Below are positions 48,561 to 60,685 of a stretch of 64,000 bases of DNA, one piece after another. The position numbers and the translations under genes are program-made. This DNA is from Mobula hypostoma. Taxonomy: Eukaryota. The notes beneath the pieces were generated by a model. The model worked only from the letters and a program-made list of their open reading frames with translations, did no database searches and was not told the origin of the DNA. Numbering within the stretch: the first letter of the stretch is position 1; each line of letters opens with the position of its first letter. The stretch lies in the NCBI RefSeq assembly GCF_963921235.1, contig NC_086100.1:30566001-30630000 (forward strand), written 5' to 3'.

Positions 48561-51249
48561 ATATACACATCTCACACACAAAGATCATTACTCTTACACC
48601 CCTCCACAAAGAACTAAAGACCTAGTGGAGAATGCTTCTGGGAGAAGCAGGTATACAACATAAAGAGTTGGACAGGACTATCCATTGACTCCTACATCTA
48701 TATAGCTTTATGCAAAGTAAAGCATGCAGAAACTGGAAACCTTTTGAATGTTTTGTCTTTTCTGGTTTTCCTAAGATATTGAAAGAAAAAATGTAATATT
48801 TGTGATATAAGTAAAATTGTTTTGTGCATAATAACGTTGTTTTAATATTAACACCCCTTTATTCATTGTGTCATGTGAACGAATGAGCAGAGATTGTGTC
48901 ATGTCTCCGTGCTTCCAAAAGATGTGCATAGGGTTTCAGAGGTAGTCTGTTAACCATGAACTATTTTTCAGTATCTTAAAGTATTAAGATATTAAAAGAA
49001 CATTATTAGATAGATATAGAATTTCAGCTGACCAGCAGTGGTATATTTTTAAGTTAGGCTGAGGAGTGATTTGGTAAAGAGCCTGTAGGTGGCAGTGTTC
49101 CAGTGCGCCTGCTGACCTCGTCCTTCTTAATGGTAGAGATCATGGGCTTGGGAGGTGCTGTCTGTATAGTCTGGGCCAGTGAGAGCAGCATGCTGCAGCC
49201 TTACTGGGACAGCAATAGAGAGTGCAAATATTTGGAGAGGTTGATTGGGGGGGGGGGGTCACTAAAACAGTTTGGTTTGTTCCAGGTTCCTCTGCACAGC
49301 TGGAGCTGCATACATCCAAGCAAGTGGGGCAAGATGTGTCACTCTGCTAGTTTGTGCCATATTGATGGTGGAAGTGCTCTGGAGTGACAGAGGGTGAGTC
49401 ATTCACCACAAGGTAACCAGCCTCTGGCCACACTCACAGCCAAAGTATTTTTGTGGCTATTCCAGTCAAATTTCTGGATAACGCAGAAGGTGTGCTCCAT
49501 ACCGCAGGACTGAGAACTGGAGAGAAAGAACCAATTTTAATTCCTCTGTGAAGACTGTATTTTCGTCTCTCTTCTTGGCTTAATTATGAAATATTCTCCC
49601 ACTACAGAGGCTTGAGCATAACAAACTGTACCGGTGCCCCTCAATAACGACAATGAAGTATGTCACAGCCAGAGGTGACATCTTACGAAAAGGAGCATTA
49701 ATCTAAGATCCTCTGTACTCTATTTGGAGGTCATAGGGGTCCTGTGACACTATTTCTAAGTGGAACAAGTAAATAAATTTACCTGTGCTCCACCCACACA
49801 GAAGACACTATGGAATTCCAGAATGATGAGATTTGTCACCATACGTGCATGTTTTGTGTGCATATGACTGAAGACCAACCTACCCTATTATCGCACCGTT
49901 TACTGCAGCTTACCGCATGGAGATTTTAAAGTGACTACATTTTCAATGTACGTCATCCAATGTAACACACAACTTTTTTGTCAACTTTCATATGCCATCA
50001 GCTGACACAGTAGTCAATGTGCAGACCCCAATGCAGTGATGCTGCTGCTGTAGTGATTAGCAGCTGCTTTTGGAAAGATTGGGGGCTATTTACTCTGTAA
50101 CACTGAGAGGCTGAGCTTCAGTGGGTTCTGTGTTTGGATAGGACTGGAAGGTCGCAGCCTTGCGTTTTGACAGTTGGACGTCCAGAGGTAGAACGGCAGA
50201 AAGAGATAATATGCACTGGTGATCTCATGTGAGTTCATTACTTTTCTATTCACCTCTTGTTCCCTCTCACTGATTACTCTGATCGTGGCATGGGAAAATG
50301 TCTGGGTGCAATAGGTTGTGGAGGAGGCTGAACTTTTCACCCTGTGATGTGATCATTCATCATGGAGAATTGACAATGCTCAGTGGGCCTCGGACTCATC
50401 CTCCTCTGAGAAGTAGCCACATCCGGACAGTTAAACTTGTTGCTCTCTAAACGTGGGGTGAATTCTGCCTTATGAGTAATATCAGAGCCATTGCATTTGG
50501 AATAATTTGCAAATCAAAAATTTGTCTGGGATGTTCTGAATTTACAGTGCCCATCACCACACAGTGCAGTTATGTGTGTGTGGAGCACACTGATGGATGC
50601 TTCACCGTCTATATATGCAGGGGTACTGCAAGGCACATCGTATCAGATGCAGCTTTTTAGTTTATAATGATGGCGCTGTTTTCACTCTCTTTTATTTTAA
50701 TAATATTTAGGTTTGTGCAGCTGATATGGAGATGCAAAGGGGGAACCTTTGCACCTGAGGTCCTCAGAACAAAGAGCCTCTGCTGATTAGACAATCATGG
50801 AAGAATCTGGAATGTGAGGGCAAAGTGGTGGAGTGGGGGTTCCCCAGAGGAAGGGAGAGGAACCCTAAGGCCAAATCACCCCATCTAACTCTTTTTTTTA
50901 AGCTCTTCAAACAATGCCAGAGTGAAATCACCGCAATCTTTCAAGATGTATTTGAAAGAGTGGAATTAATGTTACCCCCTCCCCCAAAGAAGAGCTGCCA
51001 AATGACCCCAGGTTTTTTATAGGTGTGAGCCATCACTGCAGCTCAAAACTTCTTAATTTTGAAACTGAGAAAAAATTGATATTTGATTATTTGGAATCTG
51101 GACATTCAGAGGATATGTAGATGACTGCAACAGTATAGACTGTGTTGAACTCACTGGAACTGACATCATTTATCTACATCCAGCTCACCAGAAGCTGTTT
51201 ATTCTTCCTAACTAACCCATTAGAGCACTCAGTGAATGTCTCTGATCAC

Positions 51250-51450
51250 AATTCACTGGACACAGTCTTTATCATCCTATAGGTAACTCGCTGACAGCTG
51301 TCTATTATCCTGTAAGTAACTCAAAGGCAGTTATCTGCATTCATCAGTATAATTCAGTACTGGCTGTTTATTATTATCTGTGTAACTCGCTGCTACTTGT
51401 GTATTATCCTCAGGGTTATACTGTGCCTGTCATTTATTATCTTGGCACTA
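51250..51450. repeat. Diverged 33-bp minisatellite
   Basis: Units taactc..g...tg..tattatc start at 51284, 51317, 51350 and 51383 (period 33), with weaker units on either side. Confidence 0.65.
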
Positions 51451-51966
51451 TCAGCCATTTAATACCCATTAAAATTCATTGCCGTATTCCTATGCCACTG
51501 AAGGAATAATGTTTTGTCCATCATCTCCACATGACGTGTGCATCTGATAGTGCTCCTTTAGCATTACTGAGGAGCTAGTTTATTTCAAACTGTAGTCAGT
51601 AATACTTACCACATTAAACTAGACGAGCAATAGAAACAAAAATTATTTTTCAGTTTTCAGGATCTGGGAATTATTAACAAGATCAGCATTTGTTTGTCAT
51701 TGCTAAAGGCCCTTGAGAAGGTCATGTTGAGCTGCCTTCTCAAACCACTGCAATCCTTCTTGTGGAAGTATTCCCACAATGCTCTGAGTTAACAGTCCAA
51801 CAAGGCAGTGAGTTAAACTGTGGATAATGAATGACAGGCAATGTATTTCCAAATCAAAATGGTGTGTGGCTTGGAGGAGAACATGCAGGTATTGGTCTGC
51901 TATCCTTGTCAGAATTGGTGGGAACAGTTGTAGATCAGAGTAGCCTTGGTGAATGACATTCTATAG

Positions 51967-52040
51967 CAGGGGTTCCCAACCTGGGGCCCAAGAATTCCAG
52001 TGGTAGGTGTCCATAGCAATAAAAAGGTTGGGAACCCCTG
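51967..52040. mobile_element. hAT (Charlie-like) MITE
   Basis: Perfect TIRs caggggttcccaacct / aggttgggaacccctg. Confidence 0.75.
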
Positions 52041-52215
52041 ATTCAATGGGTAATGTACTCTGCAGGCTTTGTGTGATGGTGGGAGAAATGAACACTTTTG
52101 GTGGTTGATATGGTGCCAATTAAACATATTTGTCCTTGATGATGTTAACTTCCAGGTTTGTGCAACTTTAAAATGGATCACATTTACCATAGTGATTTTA
52201 TATCTGTAATGCTCA

Positions 52216-52414
52216 TGCTTGTTGTTGTTCCTTTCCACGCCTTGTGGCGTAGCAAGCGGCAACTGTGCCATTTCTCTAGCACTTGTCTGTTTTTTACAAG
52301 GTCGAGTTGGCAGCTCGATGCCCAGTCCACAAAGCGTGCAGGTAGCTGGCTGGATTCAAACCCGGGAGCACTTGCCTTGAAATCCGGTGTGGGTGCCACT
52401 ACACCACGGCCAGC
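52216..52414 (-). mobile_element. tRNA-derived SINE with (CAA)n tail
   Basis: Minus-strand A-box tggtgtagtgg and B-box gggtttgaatcc; (CAA)n tail; TSD aatgctca (52208-52215)/aatgttca (52415-52422). Confidence 0.75.
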
Positions 52415-52618
52415 AATGTTCACTCAGTGGCTATCCTATTGTCATATTGCTGGAATGAGCAAATGGAAATCATGTTATGTTTTAATTACAGAGTAAGGAA
52501 TCCAGATTTTCTTCATAAATGGAACAGCATGGTTTATTGGGAAATATCAAGGTGAGATGATGGGATGGTGTCATAAAAGCAACAAATTAAGTTCAAGGAA
52601 AGCTATTATTAACATTTA

Positions 52619-53151
52619 ACCTCCAGACCTTGTGCTATGGTCGGCCTCACTCCATCTCGTTTACATCATCGAGCTTACAGTACCCTGGGAGGATGCAGTG
52701 GGGGAAGCCTACCAGCTCAAGAAGCTGAGGTATGCTGAGCTTACAGTCAATGAGCTTACAGCAACGTGGCTGGAAAGCAAGGGTCGGACCAGTCAAAGTA
52801 GGCTGCAGAGGATTTGTAGCCACATCAACATCCAGGTTACTCCGGGAATTGGGAGTGCAAGGGAAGACACACCAATAAGCAGTCAAGGACTTCTCCAGAG
52901 CTGCTGAAAAGGGTAGTCAGTGGCTCAGGATGAAGAGAAAGGATTCCATCTGGGCCCCCAAGTGAGTGAAAGGCATCTGGGGGCGAGCCCGGGATGCCGG
53001 GATTCACTGCTGAACCCTCCGGAGGCGTTGTGAGCCTATCAGCGAAACACTGAGGAAAGAGGGCGCCCACTTGATAACCCAGAAGATGCCACCATTCACT
53101 TGGCCGCCCCACAGAGTCTAGGCAGCATGTCTCAGGAGTGCAAATAAGGGA
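52619..53151 (+). mobile_element. HERO-type (RLE) non-LTR retrotransposon 3' fragment
   Basis: PDLVLWSASLHLVYIIELTVPWEDAVGEAYQLKKLRYAEL..PVKVGCRGFVATS..AEKGSQWLRMKRKD (PD..E..K restriction-like endonuclease); possible TSD tattaacat(t/c)ta at 52607-52618 and 53152-53163. Confidence 0.85.
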
Positions 53152-53889
53152 TATTAACATCTACTCCTACATAACATACCAAATTAAAAGGAAATTTGCA
53201 AATGATGCACAATTGTCAAGGAATATTCTCATGGTTGTCTTGCTTGGAGAAATCAGTTAGAGAGTGGTAGTGAGTTGGAACATTTCCTTTATAACACTTG
53301 AATAACACTTGAAACTAAGTTGAATTCACTTCAGACTAATGAGCTGAAAGTGATTTTTTGTTAGCTGTTGGCCAGATTCAGCCAAGTTTTATAAGCATTT
53401 AGAAATCTGAAGCACAAAAGGCTTGTAATTCAGAATTAATTACTGCTGAATTGGCAATGTGTTTCCCCAACATTGATACACTTCACAAACAACATAACCA
53501 TTCTAAATATGTTATATCAGAACAGTTATTTTAGTTGATGAGGAATTTCCAAATGATTGAAAAAAATTAAGAAGGAAATCCCACAAAAGGAAGCATCAAC
53601 AATTTCAAAAACAATGCTGCATGTGCAGATTAATATCTGGAAGGATCATAAATTATAAGGTCCAGTGCAACTCAGCTCAGAAACAGCAGTAGGTGCTACT
53701 GGTGTTTATTACATTCCAATAAAATAGCATAAACTTCATTTTTTGTGCCAATGATTTTCTTTCACATCCAATATTATAATTGTATCAGTGTCAGCTCCGT
53801 GGTAAATGTCTGACTCATAAATGACAGGAAAGCTTCCAGCTTTTGATGATCACAGTAGAGCTACAAGGACTTGATGTTTCAATCACTAT

Positions 53890-55316
53890 GGTAAGTCAGC
53901 ACTCCCGATGTTGGCAGTGGGCTTGGAGTGGTGACAAGGAGGGAGGGTAGGTACGTCATCGGGGTCATCAGGTGGGCACCCTCCTTTGACGTTTCATTGA
54001 TAAGCCCAAGCCGTCTCCAGAGGGCGCAACGATGCTACCTGGCGTCCCAGATACACCCCACTCAGTTCCATACCCTCCTGTCTTCATCTTGCAGCCCATT
54101 TGTTGTCTTTCCTTCTAATCCAGATCCAATTGCTGCTTTCTTCTGATGCATTTGACAAAGACTTGACTGCTTGTTGGAAGGAGTGACCCCCCCCCACCCC
54201 CATCTTCCTCAATAGACTGGTCGTAGACGTAGCAATGAATGCCTGCATCCCACTTCTACAGGAAAAATCTTGGTCTTCCAGCCATTCTGGGCAGTTTCAT
54301 TTGCCAGTTCAGAGTACTTGGCCTTTTTCCTCTCATAAGCTTCTTCGACATCAATTTCCCATGGTATTGTCAATTCCACAACATATGCCAGTTAGGCTGT
54401 TGTGGACCACAGGACCATGTCTGACCGGAGTGTTGTAGCCGCAATGTCTGGGGGAAATACAAGCTTTTTTTCCAAGTCCACGTCCATTTTCCAATCCCGA
54501 GCAACCTGGAGAATGCTTACCTCTTTTGATGTTATATGGTGCTCTGGAGGTTGGCCTGCTGGTACAAACTGTGTGACGTGGACATTTCCTGCCGATGTTT
54601 GCGGGAGAGCATTTGTGGTGATTCGCTTCTGTTCCAAGATTGATGCCAGCTGTCTGAGAACTTGGTTATGCCGCCAAATGTACCGCCCCTGGGTGAGGCT
54701 CGTGGTGCATCCTGTTAAAATGTGCCTTAGTGATCCAGGTGCTTGACAAAGAGAGCAAGCGAGGTCTTCTCCCCACCACCGGTTCAGGTTCTGGGGTGTG
54801 GGTAGGAGGTCATAAGTGGCTCTGATGACAAAACTTAGCTGAGATCCCTCCATCTCCCAGATGTCACGCCAGCTAAGTTTTCTCTTTTCCAGGCTCTCCC
54901 AATTAGTCCATTGGTCCTGCTTGGCCATTGAGATGGCCTTGGTGGTCGCTCTGCCTCCTCCTGTCTTCTCAACTCCTCCACCAAAAGCAGTCTCTTCTAC
55001 GCTGATGTTGTCTTGTGCCACTGAGGAGCTTTTGGGATGAGCCTGAGCCCGGCTCTCCCATGTTGGACTTGGCCAACCACATCCCTGATGCGAAGAGCAG
55101 ACTTAGCACTCTGAATGGCTTCAGATGGGGGACACTTCCTCCCCGTTGCCACACGGGGGCCACTGTTTGAATAACTGTATCTTCAGATTCATTGAGGGTC
55201 ATGACCAATCTTGCTTTGGTGCATTTGAATTCTTCCACAAGACTTGCAATTGGTAATTCCAATTTGCCGTTCCCGTACAGTCCAACAGGACTTGAGCATC
55301 ACGGAAGTCCAAGCCA
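53890..55316 (-). mobile_element. HERO-type (RLE) non-LTR retrotransposon 3' fragment, second subfamily
   Basis: WLGLP*C..GLYG..LELPIASLVEEFKCTKARL; FVIRATYDLLPTPQNL; CCHC knuckle CSLCQAPGSLRHILTGC; RHNQVL; RSDMVLWS..VELTIPWE..AYERKKAKY. Confidence 0.9.
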
Positions 55317-55600
55317 CAGCATAAAGTGTGCCCAAATCTGGACAACTTTCCAGGCAATTTTTCCCTAAAGTTTCCACTCGCAACATTTAAATATTACAGA
55401 ATGTGAAGCTTACTCTAAAATAGTGCAAAGAGGCAGCGTGACCAATTTGTTTAAAAAATGAATTATACTAGAATGATTTTTGCAACTAGGGAGTGATCTG
55501 GAGTAATTACAGAATCAGAATCAGAATCAGGTTTATTATCACCGGCATGTGACGTGGAATTTGTTAACTTAACAGCAGCAATTCAATGCAATGCATAATA

Positions 55601-57714
55601 CAGGTTTCCCCCGCCATCCGAAGGTAGAGCGTTCTTATGAAACGGTTCGTAAGCCGGAATGTAGTAAAGCGAAGAAGCAATTACCATTTATTTATATGGG
55701 AAAATTTTGTGAGTGTTCGCAGACCCAAAAATAACCTACCAAATCATGCCAAATTAGATTATGAAGATTAGATTATTGAAGACACGCAGTCCTCTTTTAT
55801 TGTCATTTAGTAAGGCATGCATTAAGAAATGATACAATATTTCCTCCGGTGTGATATCACAAAACACAGGACAGACCAAGACTGAAAAAAACTAACAAAA
55901 CCACATAATTATAACATATAGTTACAACAGTACAACAATACCATAACTTGCTGAAGAAGTCCATGAGCATAGTAAAAGTTCAAAGTCTCTCAAATGTCCC
56001 ACATCTCATGCAGACGGAGAGAAGGAAGAAAAACTCTACTTGCCATACCTGACCACGGTCCGACTCTGTGTCCCCGAAAACTTCGAGCTCTGATCAGCTC
56101 TCCCACACCGAGTACTGAGCGCCATCACTATCTGAACGAATTGACCTCCTTCTTGGTCACCAAAAGCAGGCAAAGCCGGGGATTTTGAGGCCTTCCCTTT
56201 GAAAGATTCCTGACCGCGCAGTAATGACAGCAGCGAACGAGCGTTTCAGAAATTTTTCCAGATGTTCCTCTGTGCTTTCATGTCCGTCTCCATCAAATCA
56301 GAATTGTCCACGGCCCCTATTTAACAGATACGATATCATTTTTCATCAGAGGGCTGCGAACGCACGGCGTGCTGCTCTCTCTCCTCCCGCCGTCTGATAA
56401 CATATAAAACCTAAAATAACAGTAACATATAGTAAAAGCAGCCTATATAAAGTAGAAATACTTTTCCACAATCATTGCCTGAACTGTTCTCCATAGCGAA
56501 AATCTCATGCAAGTGCCATCGGCAAAAACACAGCGCAAGCGATCTCCAGTAACCTTTAAGCTATGAAGCTGCCAAATCATACCAAATAACACATAAAAAT
56601 ACGCAGCCAATATAAAGTAGAAATAATGTATGTACAGTGTAGTATCACGGGAATCGGGAAGACATCGAGCACACTGCTGGTGTGTTAGGCTGAGTCATCG
56701 CAGGTTGGGGTGGTGCAGTGGCTCCCACCCTCCGGGCAGCGAACCGATACCGATCCGCGAAGCATGCAGGTCTACAGTGGTAGCCGGGACGCATCCAGCA
56801 CATCTTTAAGAAAAAAGCCAAAATAAACATGCTAATTAATTACGTGCCGGGTGGCACCTAATTAATTAGCATGTTTATTTCAGCTTTTTTCTAGAGATGT
56901 GCGGTGTGCCTCCCGGCTACCGCTGTATTCTCCGTGAATCAGTATCTGTCTGTGGCCTGGGGGTTGGGGTGGTGGGACACTGGGGTGTCATCTCATCATC
57001 TATCAGTGCAGGCAGGTCATCTTTTCCTATCTCTGCCTGCCTCGATGTCAAAGGTTGAGGTTCGTCGTCTGCTGTGGCTGATGTGGAAGGCTTGTTTGAC
57101 TTCTTAGCCTCGCGCACTTTTCTATCATACAGTTCTTTGTAAGGACTAAAACTAACTTGCAAATATGCCCAAACCGACGTACCCTTTCAAAATTAAAGTC
57201 GTACTTTATCATTACTCATTCGGTTTCGATTGTAATCCTTTCCTCTTCCAATTGCATCAGCTCTTCATCTATCAGTTCTTGGTCATGGGATGCCAAAACC
57301 TCTTCAACATCATCTTCGTCAACTTCCACGAGCCAAACTCACTTTGTCCTTACTTCGTTCACCACGATCAAAATGCTTAATTATGTCTAGTTTTACGCTA
57401 AGTGTAACACCTTTACGAGCTCCTTTAGGCTTTTCCGATACCTTAGAACTCATCTTGTAAATGGCTGCTCACAGGCATGTGTTAAAGCAATGCCGGCGAG
57501 AATGCCGTTCCGAATCCGGGGGATAGCGGCTGCTCGGGGCACGTGCTGCCTTTTTTTATCGCGCACTGATTTTTCTCACGCGCTGCTTTTTTTGCACGCT
57601 GCTGTTTTCATAACAGTGAAAACACGTTCTGTTCGCGAAAACAGGGAACTAATGTAGGTCTTTCGTAACAGTGAGCTTTCGTAAAGCGAACGTTCGAAAA
57701 GCGGGAGACACCTG
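55601..57714 (-). mobile_element. Tigger/pogo-type internally deleted DNA transposon
   Basis: TA TSD (55599-55600, 57715-57716); TIRs caggtttcccccgc../..gcgggagacacctg; ATG at 57453 gives MSSKVSEKPKGARKGVTLSVKLDIIKHFDRGE (CENP-B-like HTH); C-terminal EVDEDDVEEVLASHDQELIDEELMQLEE and YKELYDRK. Confidence 0.88.
55754..56396 (-). mobile_element. Non-coding retroposon with Rex-type 3' end and (TAATC)n tail, nested in Tigger
   Basis: Colinear with 59349-60019 (ctgatttgatggag..gaggaacatctg; aatgacaataaa..gaggactg..cataatct). Confidence 0.7.
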
Positions 57715-59215
57715 TATAGAAGAAAAAATATAATAATAATAAATAAGTAAATCAATTACAGTATATGTATATTGAATAGATTTAAATCGTGCAAAAACAG
57801 AAATAATATATATTAAAAAAGTGATGTAGTGTTCAAGCGTTCAATGTCCATTTAGGAATCGGATGGCAGAGGGGAAGAAGCTGTTCCTGAATCGCTGTGT
57901 GTGTGCCTTCAGGCTTCTGTACCTCCTACCTGATGGTAACAGTGAGAAAAGGGCATGCCTTGGGTGCTGGAGATCCTTAATAATGAATGCTGCCTTTCTG
58001 AGACACCGCTCCTTGAAGATGTCCTGGATGCTTTGTAGGCTAGTACACAAGATGGAGCTGACTAGATTTACAACCTTCTGCGGCTTCTTTTGGTCCAGTG
58101 CAGCAGCGACCCCGCCCCCCCCCCCCCCCGCCATACCATACAGTGATGCAGCCTGTCAGAATGCTCTCCATGGTACATCTATTAAAGTTTTGAGTGTATT
58201 TGTTGACATACTAAATCTCTTCAAACTCCTAATGAAGTATAGTCGCTGTCTTGCCTTCTTTATAACTGCATCGATATGCTGGGACCAGGTTAGATCCCAA
58301 GAGATCTTGACACCCAGGAACTTGAAATTGCTCACTCTCTTCACTTCTGATCCCTCTATGTGTTCCTTCGTCTTACCATTCCTGAAGTCCACAATCAGCT
58401 CTTTTGTCTTACTGACATTGAGTGCCAGGCTGTTGCTGCGACACCACTTCACTAGTTGGCCTATCTCATGCCTGTACGCCTGGTGATATTTGACTAATAA
58501 TATCAGAATCAGATTTATTATCACGGACATATGACGTAAAATTTGTAATTTGTCAGAAGCAGTACAGTTTAAAGACATAACATTGCTATAAATTACAAAC
58601 AAAAGTGCAAAAACAAAGGAACAAAAGCAAGGAAGAGGTAGTATTCATGGGTTCATAGATCATTCAGAAATCCAGTGGAGATGGGAGAAAACTGTTTCTG
58701 AATCGTATGTGCATCATCCGCTCCTCTGCCTTGCCACTGATGAGAAGAGTGATGAGAAGAGTGCGTGGCTCAGATGGTGAGGGCCTTCATGATGGATGCT
58801 GCCTTCTTGATGCATTCCGTCTTGAAGGTGCCCTCGATGACGTAAAGGGTTTTGCCCATGATGCAGCGGGCTGAATCTACAAATCTCCACAGTCTCTTCC
58901 AATCCCGTTCATTGGAGCCTCAATACCAGACTGTGCTTCCATACCACACTGACCCTTCAATGAGGATTGGTGCACGTCCTTCCGATCTCCATTCCTAAAG
59001 TCTGCAATTAATTCCTTAGTCTTGCTGATACTGAATGTAAGGTTGGTGCTTTGAGAACATTCAACCATCTATCTCACTCCTGCATGCCTTCTTGTCGCCT
59101 TATAAAAATAGACTAACAACAGCAGTGTCAACTGTGAAATAATAGATGGCACTACTGAGCTAGGCTTAGCCACACAGCCGTGTGTGTAGAGAGAACAGAA
59201 CAGTGGCCTTGGCAC

Positions 59216-60685
59216 CAATGTTCTCTTTAAGGTGCATGTAGGTGTGCACGCACACATCTTTTGCCACGAGCACACAAAAGAGTTTAAACCTCACCCAAAA
59301 GGTGGTCACCCTCTACCTCAATGGCTTCTTTAAGTGTATTCCACAATCGTACCCAGAGGAGAAGATGGTGGCACGATGCAGCGCGCAGTGGCCACTCCGG
59401 TGATGAATATCTGTTACCTGTCAAGTAAGGGTGCCGTGCACAATCCTGATTTGATGGAGGCAGACGTGAGAGCACGGAGGAACATCTGTTGAAACTTCTG
59501 AAATGCCTGTTTTGCTGCTGCTACTACTGTGTGATCCAGAATCTCCGGAGTGGAAGGCCCCGAGTCCTCGGATTTGCTTGTTGCTCGGCGGCCGGGGCGG
59601 GGTCAAAGCGCTCAGCAGGGATGGTGCTCGGTGCTCGGTGTCGAAGGCTCGAAGTTGTTGGACGGACTCAGAGTCTGCTGTGGTCGGGTGCTTCCAGGGT
59701 GCTGCATCGGCAAGTTTGCAGCGCTGGAGGTTCATAGCAGGGAGAGTTTCTCCCTTCTACCGTCTGCGTGAGATGATGGGCTATCGGGACTTTGAGACTT
59801 TTTTTTACCGTGCCCATGGTCTGCTCTTTATCAAATTACGGTATTGCTTTGCACTGTTGTAACTATATGTTATAATTATTTGATTTATGTCAGTTTTAGT
59901 CTTGGTCTGTCCTGTATTTCTGTGATATCATACTGGAGGAACATTGTATCATTTCTTAATGCATGCATTTCTAAATGACAATAAAGGAGGACTGAGTGTC
60001 CTCATAATCTGATCTAATCACATTTCCTTTTCTGGTTTCTGATGCAGACGGTGTTGACAATGTGGATTTTGTGATGATTTGTCTGCCGGTTTTAGAACTG
60101 GCTTATTTATACTATTTTAATAGAAGAAATTATTGATTTACTGTGTCGAATTCCGAAGAAGCAAAGGGTGTGATGTGCAAGAGAACTGCTAGTTCACCTA
60201 AAGTGGAATAGCTTAATGGAACAGTAGAAACTTCGACACTGAAAGCTCATGAGGTCAGGAACGTGCAGCTACGTTTATGTACACTACAGAAATTGGTTTC
60301 ACCTGTGTGCATTATCATGATGCAAAAGTTACTGAAGAATTTGCAAGTGGGAAGAAGTGGAGTGATATTTGGAAACTTGACTTTTTAAAGTGTCATTTAG
60401 CAAGCAAATCGCATATGGACGATGCGCAAAAGCTCCGGGGAGAAAATCCTTCTTTATTGGCTATAGGTCTGCTATGTATGTTTTGTGAGAGTGCAGATGA
60501 ACGAAAGCGAAAACGATCAAACTCAGAAGAGATTAAAGTTCTTATTGATATTGTTTTGCTAGCTGTTAAAATGAATACCTCTATATATAAAATTCAGTGC
60601 ACACATGCCGTTGTCACTGGGCAAAAAAATTGCACAGCACAAGATTTTTGTGCACATTGGTCATTACATATTAGTGGGAACATTG
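59216..60685 (+). mobile_element. hAT-type non-autonomous DNA transposon with a transposase N-terminal (zinc-finger-like) remnant
   Basis: TIRs caatgttctctttaa / ttagtgggaacattg; degenerate 8-bp TSD cttggcac/ctaggtgc; host LINE contiguous across it; ORF from 60277 FTCVHYHDAK..FASGKKW..WKLDFLKCHLASKSH. Confidence 0.7.
59349..60019 (+). mobile_element. Non-coding GC-rich retroposon with Rex-type 3' end, nested in hAT
   Basis: CpG-rich 5' part starting ggagaagatggtggc; 3' end closely matches 39722-39903; (TAATC)-type tail; aatc at both junctions. Confidence 0.75.

Larger units (their letters stand above)
55509..58484 (-). mobile_element. Rex1/Babar-type LINE 3' fragment split by Tigger (pieces 55509-55600 and 57715-58484)
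   Basis: (GATTCT)n tail; LNVSKTKELIVDF, FKFLGV, KKARQRLYFIRSL, HPRHALFSLLPSGRRYRSL..RFRNSFFP. Confidence 0.9.

Noticed and set aside
50086-50450. Possible minus-strand terminal exon (tttag|AGAGCAACAAG..., GYFSEEDESEAH*-like frame)
   Set aside because: Weak pyrimidine tract, a stop precedes the protein-like frame, and no homology recognised.
51250-51450. CRISPR-like array
   Set aside because: Eukaryotic context, head-to-tail degenerate units with no repeat-spacer structure, no cas genes.
52340-52414. Functional tRNA gene
   Set aside because: It is a SINE head followed by body, tail and TSD; no complete cloverleaf seen.
53174-53896. Shared AC(A/T)TACCA near both HERO 3' ends as a target motif
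   Set aside because: The candidate TSD places the plus-copy motif outside the junction; an 8-mer in two cases is not evidence.
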